DNA of 64,000 nt from Acidimicrobiia bacterium (GTDB lineage Bacteria; Actinomycetota; Acidimicrobiia; Spongiisociales; ZC4RG35). The stretch's first letter is position 1. Every line of letters begins with the position of its first letter. The position numbers and the translations under genes were made by a program. A model generated the notes under the pieces. That model was not told the DNA's origin. It worked only from the letters and a program-made list of their open reading frames with translations, and ran no database searches. Shown piece by piece: positions 37,237-47,383 of the stretch. Location: contig DATABS010000094.1 of the NCBI GenBank assembly GCA_036259475.1, forward strand, positions 11,801 to 75,800, in the 5' to 3' direction.

Positions 37237-37280
37237 ACGACCTTACGTTGTCAGTCTATTCTGTCTTACGACGTAAGTCT
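37237..37280. promoter_or_regulatory. candidate TetR operator: 13-bp palindrome CTTACGACGTAAG plus upstream half-site CCTTACG in the divergent intergenic region
   Basis: perfect 6-1-6 inverted repeat at about 37265-37277 between divergent tetR and the DUF4389 gene. Confidence 0.4.
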
Positions 37281-37301
37281 CTCTTGAGAAAGATATGGAA
37301 C

Positions 37302-37937
37302 ATGGAAAGCCCGCTTTACCCTGCCCGCCTGGACGTCGACTATCCAGCCAGCCTCGATCGAGTGAGCAGCCTCTTCAGAGTCATCTGGGCGGTTCCCATC
37401 CTGGTGATACTCAGCCTCCTGACGGCTACCGGCAACGAGACCGTTGTCACCGAAGCTGGAGAGGAGATCCGCCGTACCGGTGGGGGCGTAACCGGAGGGC
37501 TGTGGGCGGCCACCGTCCTGATGATCGTCTTTCGCCTGCGTTATCCCCGTTGGTGGTTTGACTTCGCCCGGGAGCTCGCCCGCTTCAGTGCTCGTGTCGG
37601 TGCCTACCTGGCTCTTCTCACCGACAGATACCCCTCCACCGTTGACGAGCAGGCGGTGCACCTCGATATCGATTATCCAGACGTCGAAGAGGACCTCGAC
37701 CGGATACTGCCGTTGTTCAAGTGGCTTCTGGCCATACCGCACTACGTCATCCTGGCCTTTCTCTGGTTGGGCGCCATCGGGGCGGTCTTGATCGCCTGGT
37801 TCGCAATCCTGTTCACCGGTCGGTACCCCCGGGGCCTGTTCGACTTCGTCGTCGGCGTGGGCAGATGGACACTGCGAGTGCAGGCGTACGCATTTCTCCT
37901 GGTGACCGACCGGTACCCGCCGTTCAGCCTCCGGTGA
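37302..37937 (+). CDS. DUF4389-family membrane protein
   Basis: conserved RYPRWWFDF and RYPRGLFDF duplicated motifs with TM segments; ATG at 37302. Confidence 0.6.
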   Translation: MESPLYPARLDVDYPASLDRVSSLFRVIWAVPILVILSLLTATGNETVVTEAGEEIRRTGGGVTGGLWAATVLMIVFRLRYPRWWFDFARELARFSARVGAYLALLTDRYPSTVDEQAVHLDIDYPDVEEDLDRILPLFKWLLAIPHYVILAFLWLGAIGAVLIAWFAILFTGRYPRGLFDFVVGVGRWTLRVQAYAFLLVTDRYPPFSLR

Positions 37938-38100
37938 TCTCAGTCGTGTCGTTCCTCGACGACTGAAGAACGCGTCAAGTCGAACGCCGGCGTCGTGGAT
38001 GATTGCTGGAGGCGGTCCGGCCACGGGCTCGACGTCGAGTCAGGCTGGAATGACGGGAGAGCGATATTTTCCTGGGGTCTCTACGATTCCCTCGATTTCC

Positions 38101-38634
38101 ATGGACGAATTCGCTTACTCGACGTTCACCGCCGTTATGGCGTTGGTAGCACTCGGTCTGGCGGTCGTCGCCGTCGCCGTTCGGGCCACCGCGCCACCCG
38201 ATACCCGGATTGCCCTGGCCGAGCCCGCCCGGTGGCTGGCATGGATGGTGGCGGCGGCTGCCATGATCGGTTCGCTCATCTACTCCGAGATCTACCATTT
38301 CGAGCCATGTCGGCTGTGCTGGTTCCAACGCATCGCCATGTACCCGATGGCGGCGGTCCTCTTGGTCGGTGCCATCCGCCGGGACCCTTCCATCCGACTG
38401 TACGGGCTGCCACTGTCGGTCATCGGTCTCGCCATCAGCATCTGGCACTACACGATTCAGAACTTCCCCAGTCTGGAAGGCGGCTCGTGTGACCCAGCCA
38501 ATCCTTGCTCGGCAAAGCTCGTGGACATGTTCGGGTTCGTGTCGATACCCTTCATGGCCGGGGCAGGATTTCTGTTAATCACGGTTCTCTTGGCAAGCTT
38601 CACCCACCCCACCCAACATGTGAGTCGACAATGA
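38101..38634 (+). CDS. dsbB: disulfide bond formation protein B (DsbB/BdbC family)
   Basis: CRLCWFQRIAMYP motif and second Cys pair (GGSCDPANPC); 4 TM segments; ATG at 38101. Confidence 0.7.
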   Translation: MDEFAYSTFTAVMALVALGLAVVAVAVRATAPPDTRIALAEPARWLAWMVAAAAMIGSLIYSEIYHFEPCRLCWFQRIAMYPMAAVLLVGAIRRDPSIRLYGLPLSVIGLAISIWHYTIQNFPSLEGGSCDPANPCSAKLVDMFGFVSIPFMAGAGFLLITVLLASFTHPTQHVSRQ

Positions 38635-39251
38635 ACAACAAGCTGCTTCTCTATATTCTCGGCGGTGTCCTCGGTCTGGGCCTGGTGATCGCCATCGCCA
38701 TCTCCGCCGTCAGCGGCGGCTCAGACCCCTCGGAGGCCTTCGGCGAGGTGACGGTCGAGGGAGAGGACCTTCCCGTCTTTGCCGGTGATGCCGCCTCCGA
38801 TCTCGCCCCTGGGATGACCGCCCCCACAGTGACCGGCGAGGGTTTCGATGGCAGCCCGGTGACGATCGGCCCCGACGGCACTCCCAAGGTCGTTCTGTTC
38901 CTCGCCCACTGGTGTCCGCATTGCCAGGCCGAGGTTCCGAGGGTGGTGGACTGGCTGGAAGAGGGCAATAAGCCGGAGAACGTCGATTTCTACGCCGTGT
39001 CGACCCTTCAGCAGCGGGTGAGGGGCAACTGGCCGCCGGAGGAGTGGCTGGCAACCGAGGGATGGACGGTTCCCACCATCCAGGACAACAGCAGCAGTTC
39101 CGCCAGTCGGGCTTTCGGCATGGCCGGTACGCCTTTCTGGGTCGTGCTCGACGGCAACAACGAAGTGTTGTTCCGAGTCTCGGGCGAGATCACCCAGAGC
39201 GGGATGGACGTCGTGAACGGCATGTTCCAAACCGCAGCCCAGTCGGCCTGA
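38631..39251 (+). CDS. membrane-anchored thioredoxin-like thiol:disulfide oxidoreductase (TlpA/ResA/BdbD-like)
   Basis: WCPHC active site; N-terminal TM anchor; ATGA overlap with the dsbB stop. Confidence 0.75.
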   Translation: MNNKLLLYILGGVLGLGLVIAIAISAVSGGSDPSEAFGEVTVEGEDLPVFAGDAASDLAPGMTAPTVTGEGFDGSPVTIGPDGTPKVVLFLAHWCPHCQAEVPRVVDWLEEGNKPENVDFYAVSTLQQRVRGNWPPEEWLATEGWTVPTIQDNSSSSASRAFGMAGTPFWVVLDGNNEVLFRVSGEITQSGMDVVNGMFQTAAQSA

Positions 39252-39274
39252 CGCCCTGCTGCGTGGGCGGCCTG

Positions 39275-39715
39275 TCAGTTCTCCAATGCCCGAATCTTGT
39301 CGAGGCGCCGGCGGTGGCGTTCCTCGCCCGTGAACTCGGCGGCGATGAACTCCTGAACCACGGCTTCAGCCACCTTCACACCGACGACGCGTGAACCGAG
39401 ACAGAGCACGTTGACATCATCGTGTTCCACCATCTGGCGGGCGGTGTAGGTCTCCTGGGCCACCGCCGCCCGGATCCCGTTGAACTTGTTGGCGGCAACA
39501 CATGCTCCTGCGCCGGATCCGCAAACCACGATCCCGCGGTTGGCGCGACCGTCGAGCACTGCCCGGGCGGCCGAAGCGGCAGAGTCCGGATAGTCCACCG
39601 GCTCGGGAGAGTGCGTCCCGAGGTCATAGACCGCGTGACCGGCGTCGGAGAGGAAGCGGGAGAGGTGTTCCTTGAGGTCGAATCCGGCGTGGTCGGCGGC
39701 CAAGGCAATACGCAT
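39275..39715 (-). CDS. rpiB: ribose-5-phosphate isomerase B
   Basis: RpiB/LacAB pattern (MRIALAADHAGFDLKEHL..., VVCGSGAGACVAANKF). Confidence 0.85.
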   Translation of the reverse strand: MRIALAADHAGFDLKEHLSRFLSDAGHAVYDLGTHSPEPVDYPDSAASAARAVLDGRANRGIVVCGSGAGACVAANKFNGIRAAVAQETYTARQMVEHDDVNVLCLGSRVVGVKVAEAVVQEFIAAEFTGEERHRRRLDKIRALEN

Positions 39716-39791
39716 CGCCTCAGGCTAACGGACGCCGAGAGGCGGACAGGTGAGGCGGGGTTCGAACCCGCCGGGCGTACACTGCCGACCA

Positions 39792-41042
39792 ATGGGTCAG
39801 ATCATCGTCGAGGGCGGGCCCGCCCTCCACGGAACCGTCGGCGTCCTCGGCGCCAAGAACGCCGCCCTCAAGGAGATGGCTTCGACCCTGTTGGCGCCCG
39901 GACGCCACCGTTTGGGCAACGTCCCCGACATCCTCGACGTCCATTTGATGGCCGAGGTGCTGGAGCACGTCGGCTGTCACGTGCAGCGCTCGGGTCATGA
40001 TCTGCACATCGTGGTTCCGGATGAGATACGGCCGGAAGCACCGCTCCACCTCGTTCGCCAGATGCGCGCCTCGATCGTGGTGTTGGGCCCGCTGCTCGCT
40101 CGCTGCGGTACCGCCCGGGTCGCCCAGCCGGGAGGCGACGATCTCGGAGCCCGACCGATCGACTTCCATCTGGAGGGGCTCGAGCGCATGGGAGCGTCGT
40201 TCGAACTCGTCCACGGTGAGCTGATCGGAAACGTCTCCGGGTCGCTGACCGGTGCCGACATCGAGCTGCCCTTCCCCTCGGTGGGAGCGACCGAGAACCT
40301 GCTCTTCGCCGCTGTGCTGGCCAAGGGAGAGACGACGATCGTCAACGCGGCCCGCGAGCCCGAGATCCAGGACCTGGTCGTCCAGCTCCAGGCGATGGGC
40401 GCCGACATCAGTGGAGACGGGGGGGCCATCATGCGCATTTCGGGAGTCGGTGGTCTCGATCCGGCCGAGCACCAGGTGGTGCCGGACCGACTGGAGGCCG
40501 GTACGTACGCCGTGGCCGGCGCCATCACCGGAGGAGACGTCACGGTCACCGCATGCGTCCCCGAGCATCTGCGAATGGAACTTAGAAAGCTGGAGGAAGC
40601 CGGCGTCGAGGTGGATCGGGGAGACGGCTGGCTCAGGGTCCGCGGCCCCGATCGTCCGGAAGCAGTCGATTTCGCCACACTGCCGTTCCCCGGCTTCCAC
40701 ACCGACATGCATCCCCAGATGGTGGCGCTCCTCACCATTGCCCACGGGACCTCCGTCATCACCGAAAACATCTACGACGCCCGCTTTCGCTACATCGGCG
40801 AGCTGACCCGGATGGGCGCCGACATCACCACCGAGTGGCAGCATGCGGTCGTCCGCGGGGTGGACCAGCTCTCCGGGTGTCCCGTGCTCGCCCACGACAT
40901 CCGCGCCGGGGCGGCCGTCGTCCTTGCCGGGCTTCGGGCGGACGGCAGCACGGTCGTCGACGAGATCCATCACATCGACCGCGGCTACGAGGATTTCGTC
41001 GGTCGCCTCACGGGGCTCGGGGCGAAGATCCGTCGAACGTGA
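39792..41042 (+). CDS. murA: UDP-N-acetylglucosamine 1-carboxyvinyltransferase
   Basis: 417 aa; EPT-family pattern (GAKNAALKEMAS..., DIRAGAAVVLAGL...). Confidence 0.9.
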   Translation: MGQIIVEGGPALHGTVGVLGAKNAALKEMASTLLAPGRHRLGNVPDILDVHLMAEVLEHVGCHVQRSGHDLHIVVPDEIRPEAPLHLVRQMRASIVVLGPLLARCGTARVAQPGGDDLGARPIDFHLEGLERMGASFELVHGELIGNVSGSLTGADIELPFPSVGATENLLFAAVLAKGETTIVNAAREPEIQDLVVQLQAMGADISGDGGAIMRISGVGGLDPAEHQVVPDRLEAGTYAVAGAITGGDVTVTACVPEHLRMELRKLEEAGVEVDRGDGWLRVRGPDRPEAVDFATLPFPGFHTDMHPQMVALLTIAHGTSVITENIYDARFRYIGELTRMGADITTEWQHAVVRGVDQLSGCPVLAHDIRAGAAVVLAGLRADGSTVVDEIHHIDRGYEDFVGRLTGLGAKIRRT

Positions 41043-41043
41043 C

Positions 41044-42594
41044 ATGAGCCGGCAGGCGAACGCCCTGCTCGTGATTCTCACATTCCTGGCGACGGCCGTC
41101 CCGGTGTCGGCCCAGGAAGAGACCCCCGCGCCGGAGACGGTCCGGGCGGGGATCGTGGAGGTCACTCCGGTAGAGGAGGGAGCGGCGGTGGTGGTCAACG
41201 GCCGCCGCTACGGAGGGCCGGTGAGGGTCACCGGCCACGGCTCTGGCCTGGCCGTGGTCGAATCCGTGCCGCTGGGCGGATATCTGGCCGGTATCCAGGA
41301 GGTCCCATTTTCATGGGAGCCCGCCGCCCTCGAAGCCCAGGTGATCGCAGCCCGCACCTATCTGGCATGGACACTGGCGCGCGGGCGTACCGAGTCGGGG
41401 CGGGCATACGATTACGACATCTGCGCCACCGACGCGTGCCAGGTCTACGCCGGTCTCGAGCCGGCGGCCGGACCTGGCGGCGAAGATTGGTTGCGGGCCG
41501 TGGCTGCCACCGATTCCCAGATCTTGCTGTACGAGGGTGAGCCGGCCCAGACGTACTACTCCTCTACCAGCGGGGGGAGGACCCGTACCGTGTCGGACGT
41601 GTGGCCTGAAGTCGACTTGCCGTATCTGAAGGCCGTGGAGTCCCCGGGTGAAGAGTCTCCCTTCGCCGAGTGGTCGTGGAGACTTCCGGCCCGGCACATG
41701 GATGAACTCGTGGCCGAGGCCGGACTCTCGACGGGGGATCTCGTCGACATCTCTACGACTGTGCGGGACGACGGCGAAGGTCCCTGGACGGTCACGGTCG
41801 ACTCGACCGGCGGTGCGGAGACAATCGACACATGGCAGTTGCGCGGCATGCTCAACGCAGCCGGACCCTCAGCCCATCCCCAGCACCTCCCGGCGGTGCG
41901 GCCCGACGGGCCTCGCTACCCCCAGACCATCCTGTCGCCGACTTTCACCATCGATGCGATTCACCTTCCGCTCGCCGGTCCACCAGGCCGCCTCACCATC
42001 TACCAGGTCAACGGCCGAGGATGGGGGCACCTGGTGGGAATGAGCCAGTACGGTGCGCAGGCCATGGCGGAACGGGGCGCATCGGCCGCCGAGATCCTGG
42101 AGCACTACTACGCGGGGCTCACGCCGACCGAGGCGCCCGCCTTCGTTCCAGAGACGGTCGAGGTGGCTCTGATGCTGGGGGCGGCGGAGTTCGACCTGGA
42201 GGTGACCGGGGCGGTTTCGGTGGAGATCGATGGTCGTGAGGTGGCGGCCGAGGAACTGGGAAGCTGGTCGATGGTGGCCGATCGGGGATCGATCGAGGTG
42301 ACGTCGCCCGTCGGGCTCGGGCTTCCGCCCACGTTGCGGCCCGGGACCATCGCGTTGGAGCGGGGGCGCCTGGTGTTCCGTCCCGAGCTGACAGCCGCCG
42401 CCGAAGTGCGCTGGCGGTTCAGCGTCGGAGGCGAGGAGAAGGCGTCGTTCGGGCCCGAGCCGCTGGACGCAGGTTTCTTTTCCATCCCGGTCCCCCTCCA
42501 CGACTCCTTCATGCTGGAGATCGAGGCCAGCAACGCCCACGGTTCGGATTCTGTCGAGCTCGCCGGTGCCGGAGCCGCCCCGCATCCCGGTTAG
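41044..42594 (+). CDS. SpoIID/LytB-domain secreted protein (peptidoglycan lytic transglycosylase-like)
   Basis: signal peptide MSRQANALLVILTFLATAVPVSAQ; SpoIID motifs (AQVIAARTY, YDYDICATDACQVY, SSTSGGRT, MSQYGAQAMAERG). Confidence 0.75.
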   Translation: MSRQANALLVILTFLATAVPVSAQEETPAPETVRAGIVEVTPVEEGAAVVVNGRRYGGPVRVTGHGSGLAVVESVPLGGYLAGIQEVPFSWEPAALEAQVIAARTYLAWTLARGRTESGRAYDYDICATDACQVYAGLEPAAGPGGEDWLRAVAATDSQILLYEGEPAQTYYSSTSGGRTRTVSDVWPEVDLPYLKAVESPGEESPFAEWSWRLPARHMDELVAEAGLSTGDLVDISTTVRDDGEGPWTVTVDSTGGAETIDTWQLRGMLNAAGPSAHPQHLPAVRPDGPRYPQTILSPTFTIDAIHLPLAGPPGRLTIYQVNGRGWGHLVGMSQYGAQAMAERGASAAEILEHYYAGLTPTEAPAFVPETVEVALMLGAAEFDLEVTGAVSVEIDGREVAAEELGSWSMVADRGSIEVTSPVGLGLPPTLRPGTIALERGRLVFRPELTAAAEVRWRFSVGGEEKASFGPEPLDAGFFSIPVPLHDSFMLEIEASNAHGSDSVELAGAGAAPHPG

Positions 42595-42630
42595 CCTGGA
42601 TGGAACAGGATCGCTGCCGATGATGTTGAT

Positions 42631-42930
42631 ATGACCGACATGGGAGACACAACCACCGAATCCGTCCCGGTACGGATCAGCTCGGCCCTCGACGCCGACG
42701 CCGAGATCGATCGCGACCTTCTCGAGTCCACGCTCGACTACATCCGGCCCGCCATCCAGATGGACGGGGGCGACATCGTGCTCCAAGAGATCGAGGAGGG
42801 GGTGGTGACGCTTCAGATGGTCGGGGCGTGTGGCGGCTGCCCCCTGTCGATGATGACTCTCAAAGCAGGTATCGAGCGTATCCTCAAAGATCGCGTGCCC
42901 GGAGTTCTCTCCGTCGAAGCCGTGGCCTGA
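42631..42930 (+). CDS. NifU-like (Nfu-type) Fe-S cluster scaffold domain protein
   Basis: CGGCPLS motif in a 99-aa protein. Confidence 0.7.
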   Translation: MTDMGDTTTESVPVRISSALDADAEIDRDLLESTLDYIRPAIQMDGGDIVLQEIEEGVVTLQMVGACGGCPLSMMTLKAGIERILKDRVPGVLSVEAVA

Positions 42931-42969
42931 ACCCGAAGAGGCAACGCCCTTCTCACTAGCCTCCGCTCA

Positions 42970-43890
42970 GTGGAGCCATTGCAACTTCTGGAATCCGCCG
43001 TCGAAGGTGATCGTCGTGCCCTGGCCCGATTGCTCCGTATCGTCGAGGACCGGGGCCCAGGTTCGGCAGAGGTGCTCGCTGAAGCATGGAAGAAGGCGTC
43101 GACGCCTCATCTGGTTGGAATCACCGGTGCGCCGGGCTCTGGCAAATCGACGTTGACCAATGCCCTGATCACCGCGTGGCGGGCGGTCGACCGTCGGGTG
43201 GCGGTGGTGGCGGTCGATCCGTCGAGTCCCTTCACCGGCGGGGCGCTGCTCGGCGACCGGATCCGCATGCAGGACCACGTTGCCGATCGAGACGTCTTTG
43301 TGCGCTCCATGTCGAGCCGGGGCCGCCTGGGGGGGCTGGCAGAAGCGACCGCCGGGCTCGTCACCCTCTTCGAAGCCGCCCGTTTCGATCCGGTAGTGGT
43401 GGAGACGGTCGGCGTGGGTCAGTCGGAGGTCGACGTGGTGTACCACACCGACACCGTGGTGGTCGTCGTGACCCCCGGGTGGGGAGACGGCATCCAGGCC
43501 GATAAGGCGGGGATCCTCGAGGTCGGCGACGTCTTCGTGATCAACAAGGCCGACCGAGCCGGCGTCGCCGAATCGCGCCGTTCGCTCGAAGCCATGCTTC
43601 AGATGGCTTCGCCCGACGGCTGGACGCCTCCCGTGATCGAGACGGTGGCGACCGCCGGGACCGGTATCGAAGAGCTAGCCGATGCCCTGGACCGCCACCG
43701 CCGTCATCTCGTGGTTGGCCAACGGTGGCGAGAGCGTCGCCGTCTGAGGTCCCGGGCTTACATCGAGTGGGCGGTCGGCGCCGAAATCGCGAGCCGTCTC
43801 GATCAGCCCGACCTCGACGGCGCGGTCGAGGCCGTCACGGCCCGCCGTGTCGACCCGTGGACGGCGGCCGCCGAGTTCCTCGACCACTGA
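42970..43890 (+). CDS. meaB: MeaB/ArgK-type G3E-family GTPase (methylmalonyl-CoA mutase-associated chaperone)
   Basis: P-loop GITGAPGSGKST, switch regions, NKADR motif. Confidence 0.8.
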   Translation: MEPLQLLESAVEGDRRALARLLRIVEDRGPGSAEVLAEAWKKASTPHLVGITGAPGSGKSTLTNALITAWRAVDRRVAVVAVDPSSPFTGGALLGDRIRMQDHVADRDVFVRSMSSRGRLGGLAEATAGLVTLFEAARFDPVVVETVGVGQSEVDVVYHTDTVVVVVTPGWGDGIQADKAGILEVGDVFVINKADRAGVAESRRSLEAMLQMASPDGWTPPVIETVATAGTGIEELADALDRHRRHLVVGQRWRERRRLRSRAYIEWAVGAEIASRLDQPDLDGAVEAVTARRVDPWTAAAEFLDH

Positions 43891-43923
43891 CATCCCCGAT
43901 CTCCACTTGCCGAAAACGTGCCC

Positions 43924-46560
43924 TCAGGCGCCGAAGGTCTCACTTTCGCGTTTGAGTGCCGCTTGGGCGGCGGCCAGACGGGCGCCCTCGACCCGCGGCG
44001 TGCTGGCCGACACGTAGTCGAGCCCTATCTCCATGCAGAAGGCGATCGATGCCGGATCGCCGCCATGTTCACCGCACACACCCACGACGAGGTCGGGATT
44101 GCCCTGCCGACCCTCATGGGTCCCCACCCGCACCAGTCTGCCGACACCCTCGGTGTCGAGGGTCTGGAACGGGTTGAACGAGAGGATCCCCTTTTCGAGG
44201 TAATCGCCGAGGAACAGTCCCTCGGCGTCGTCGCGACTCAACCCGTACGTCATCTGGGTGAGGTCGTTGGTGCCGAACGAGAAGAAATCCGCGACCCGGG
44301 CTATTTCGCCGGCGGTGAGCGCGGCCCTGGGAAGCTCGATCATCGTCCCGATCGGGACGTGCAACTCGATTCCGCTGTGGGAGCCAACGGCGGCGATCTC
44401 CTCCTCCACCATCTCTCGCATCCGCTCCAGCTCGGTGGTGGTCGCCACCAGCGGGATCATCACCTCGAGGTGAGGGTCGCCTCCCGCCCGGATCCGGCGA
44501 ACCAGGGCCTGAGCGGCTGCTCCCGCCTGCAGGCGGTACAGCTCCGGGAACATCAGGCCCAGGCGGACGCCGCGGAGGCCCAACATGGGGTTGTCTTCTT
44601 CCCATCGGGCCACCTCGGAGGACATCCTCTGCAAGTCGGCCACCGACCGGTTGGCCCAGACCCGACGCAGGATCTCACGTTCCAGCTCGCGCCGGTCGGG
44701 AAGGAATTCGTGGAGGGGTGGGTCGAGCAGTCTCACGATCACCGGGAGACCGTCCATCGCCTCCAGGAGCCCTTCGAAATCGTCGACCTGCTGGCGCTCG
44801 AGACGCTCCAGCGCCTGCTTGCGCTCGGCGGGATTCTCCGAGAGGATCACGCGCTGGACGATCTCCAGCCGCTCCCCCATGAACATGTGCTCGGTGCGGG
44901 CAAGGCCGATCCCTTCGGCGCCGAGAGAGCGGGCCAGGGCGGCGTCCTCCGGCGTGTCGGCGTTGGCGCGGATCCCCAAGGTCCGTACCTCATCCGCCCA
45001 GCCGAGCAAGGTTGCCAGCTCCGGGGTCTCCTTGGGCTCCACCAACGGGACCTCGCCGACGTAGACCGCACCCGTGGTGCCGTCGATGGTGATCGTGTCC
45101 CCTTCGCGGATGTCGTGGTCGCCGCACAGTGCCGTACGGGTGGACATGTCGATCACGAGGCCGCTCGCCCCGGTGACCGCCGGCTTGCCCATCCCCCGCG
45201 CCACCACGGCGGCATGGGAAGTCTTGCCTCCCTGGGCGGTCAAGATCCCCCGGGCGGCGGCCATCCCGTTTATGTCGTCGGGAGTCGTCTCGGGCCGGAC
45301 CAGGATGACGTCTCCCTCGGAAGCCATCTCAACTGCCCGGACGGCGTCGAACGCCGCCCGGCCCGACGCCGCTCCGGGTGAGGCGGCGATGCCGTTGGCG
45401 ACGGACTCGCCGTCGGCGGTTTCGTCGATTCGCGGCCGGTGGAGCTGCTCGATCGTGTTCGGGTCGACCCGCATGATGGCGTCATCCCGATCGATCAGGC
45501 CGTCCTCCACCATCTTCACGGCCAACCTCACCGCCGCCTGGGCCGTCCGCTTGCCGACCCGTGTCTGGAGGATGAACAGCTCGCCCTTCTCGATCGTGAA
45601 CTCGATGTCGAGCATGTCCCGGTAGTGCTGCTCGAGCCGCTTCATGACATCGATCAGCTCGGCGTGAGGACCGGGATGCAGGTCCGCCAGTTCCTCCAGC
45701 GACAGGGTGTTGCGGATACCGGCGACCACATCTTCGCCCTGCGCATGGGGAAGGTAGTCGCCGTACGGCTCCGAGAGGCCCGTGCCGGGGTCGCGGGTGA
45801 AGCACACACCCGTACCGGACGAAGGGCCCAGGTCCCCGAACGCCATCATCTGCACGTTGCAGGCGGTTCCCAGCTCGTGGGGAATGCCGTGGATCCGGCG
45901 GTAGTCGATCGCCCGCTGGTTGTCCCATGAGTGGAAGACCGCCTCGATGGCCCCCTTCAGCTGCTCACGCGGGTCGGTCGGCACCGGACGATGCGAGTGT
46001 TCGCGGACGATGGCGATGAACCGGTTGGCCGCCTCCTCGAGGTCGTCGGCCGTCAGATCGGCGTCGCTTTCCACTCCTCGCTTCCCGCGAAGCTCCGACA
46101 AGACCGATTGAAAATGGCGGTCGGGCACACCGAGGACCACATCGGCGTACATCTGGATGAAGCGGCGGTAGACATCCCAGGCGAAATGGCGATCTCCCGA
46201 CCAGTCGGCCAGCACGGCCACCTGGCCCTCGTTGCTACCCAGATTGAGGACCGTGTCCATCATGCCGGGCATCGACGCCACTGCTCCCGAGCGGACGGAG
46301 ACGAGGAGCGGCACCGGGCCACCGCCGAAGGAACGGCCGGTCCTTTCTTCCAGGCGGCTCACCGCCTCGTCGACCTCGTCCCACAGCTCATCGGGTAACG
46401 AGTCCTCTGCCATCATTCGACGGCAAGCCTCAGTGGTGATGGTGAAGCCGGGAGGTACGGGCAACCCGAGGTTGGTCATCTCGGCCAGGCCGGCCCCCTT
46501 GCCGCCGAGAAGATGCTTGTCGGCTTCCTCGGTGGCACCGAAATCGAACACATAAGGCAC
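43924..46560 (-). CDS. ppdK: pyruvate, phosphate dikinase
   Basis: 878 aa; PEP-utilizing enzyme pattern including catalytic His region (GGKTSHAAVVARGMGKPAVTG) and N-terminal ATP-grasp. Confidence 0.9.
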   Translation of the reverse strand: MPYVFDFGATEEADKHLLGGKGAGLAEMTNLGLPVPPGFTITTEACRRMMAEDSLPDELWDEVDEAVSRLEERTGRSFGGGPVPLLVSVRSGAVASMPGMMDTVLNLGSNEGQVAVLADWSGDRHFAWDVYRRFIQMYADVVLGVPDRHFQSVLSELRGKRGVESDADLTADDLEEAANRFIAIVREHSHRPVPTDPREQLKGAIEAVFHSWDNQRAIDYRRIHGIPHELGTACNVQMMAFGDLGPSSGTGVCFTRDPGTGLSEPYGDYLPHAQGEDVVAGIRNTLSLEELADLHPGPHAELIDVMKRLEQHYRDMLDIEFTIEKGELFILQTRVGKRTAQAAVRLAVKMVEDGLIDRDDAIMRVDPNTIEQLHRPRIDETADGESVANGIAASPGAASGRAAFDAVRAVEMASEGDVILVRPETTPDDINGMAAARGILTAQGGKTSHAAVVARGMGKPAVTGASGLVIDMSTRTALCGDHDIREGDTITIDGTTGAVYVGEVPLVEPKETPELATLLGWADEVRTLGIRANADTPEDAALARSLGAEGIGLARTEHMFMGERLEIVQRVILSENPAERKQALERLERQQVDDFEGLLEAMDGLPVIVRLLDPPLHEFLPDRRELEREILRRVWANRSVADLQRMSSEVARWEEDNPMLGLRGVRLGLMFPELYRLQAGAAAQALVRRIRAGGDPHLEVMIPLVATTTELERMREMVEEEIAAVGSHSGIELHVPIGTMIELPRAALTAGEIARVADFFSFGTNDLTQMTYGLSRDDAEGLFLGDYLEKGILSFNPFQTLDTEGVGRLVRVGTHEGRQGNPDLVVGVCGEHGGDPASIAFCMEIGLDYVSASTPRVEGARLAAAQAALKRESETFGA

Positions 46561-46689
46561 TCTCGAAAGGTCTCCTGGTCGGCTCCTGCTCGAACGGTAT
46601 CAGAACCAACGGTCGTCTTTCTCCGTCGCCGACCGAGTGGAGCGGATAGCCTACGGAGCGGCGACTCGACGCCGGATGAGGAGTACGAG

Positions 46690-47337
46690 GTGAAGGTCAA
46701 GGTCCGTGACGTCATGACCCGTGACGTCATCACCATCACTCCGGACACCGCCCTCAAGGAGGCGGCGGTGACCATGACGCGTCATCATGTCTCCGGTCTC
46801 CCCGTCGTGGAAGGAGGGCGTCTGGTCGGCATAATCACCGAGGCCGATTTCGTCACCAAGCTCGCCGAGGACGGCGACGGCCTGCTTTCGCTGGTGTTCG
46901 GCCGCCGCGATTCGGAGATGACAGGCCGAGTGAGTGAGGCGATGTCCCGGGGCCCCCACACCATCGGCCCCGACGAGCTCGCCACGGTCGCCGCCCGTCG
47001 AATGGCCGAGTTGCACGTGAAGCGGCTTCCCGTCGTGGACGACGCCGGACGGTTGGTCGGCGTCGTTTCCCGGTCCGATCTGATGTCGATATTCGCCCGT
47101 CCCGACGAGAACATCGCCGCCGACGTGGTCAACGACGGGGTCGTGCGCCTGCTGGGCGTCGCCCCCGACGGCGTGACGGTTTCCGTGGATCGCGGTGTGG
47201 TTCACCTGTCGGGAACCGTCGGGTCTTTCACCGAAAAGCGGATGCTGGAGGAGTTCACGCGTCAGGTTGCGGGCGTGGTCTCGGTGGAGAGCCAACTGGA
47301 GGCGTCCTTCGACGATCGGCGCCTCCCTCCCATGTGA
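46690..47337 (+). CDS. CBS-domain protein (two CBS pairs)
   Basis: four CBS-like repeats (DVMTRDVITI..., VSGLPVV, LHVKRLPVVD); GTG at 46690. Confidence 0.65.
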   Translation: MKVKVRDVMTRDVITITPDTALKEAAVTMTRHHVSGLPVVEGGRLVGIITEADFVTKLAEDGDGLLSLVFGRRDSEMTGRVSEAMSRGPHTIGPDELATVAARRMAELHVKRLPVVDDAGRLVGVVSRSDLMSIFARPDENIAADVVNDGVVRLLGVAPDGVTVSVDRGVVHLSGTVGSFTEKRMLEEFTRQVAGVVSVESQLEASFDDRRLPPM

Positions 47338-47383
47338 CGTACCCCGGGCTGTCTGACCAGCCAGTCAGTTAGGCTTCGGGCTC

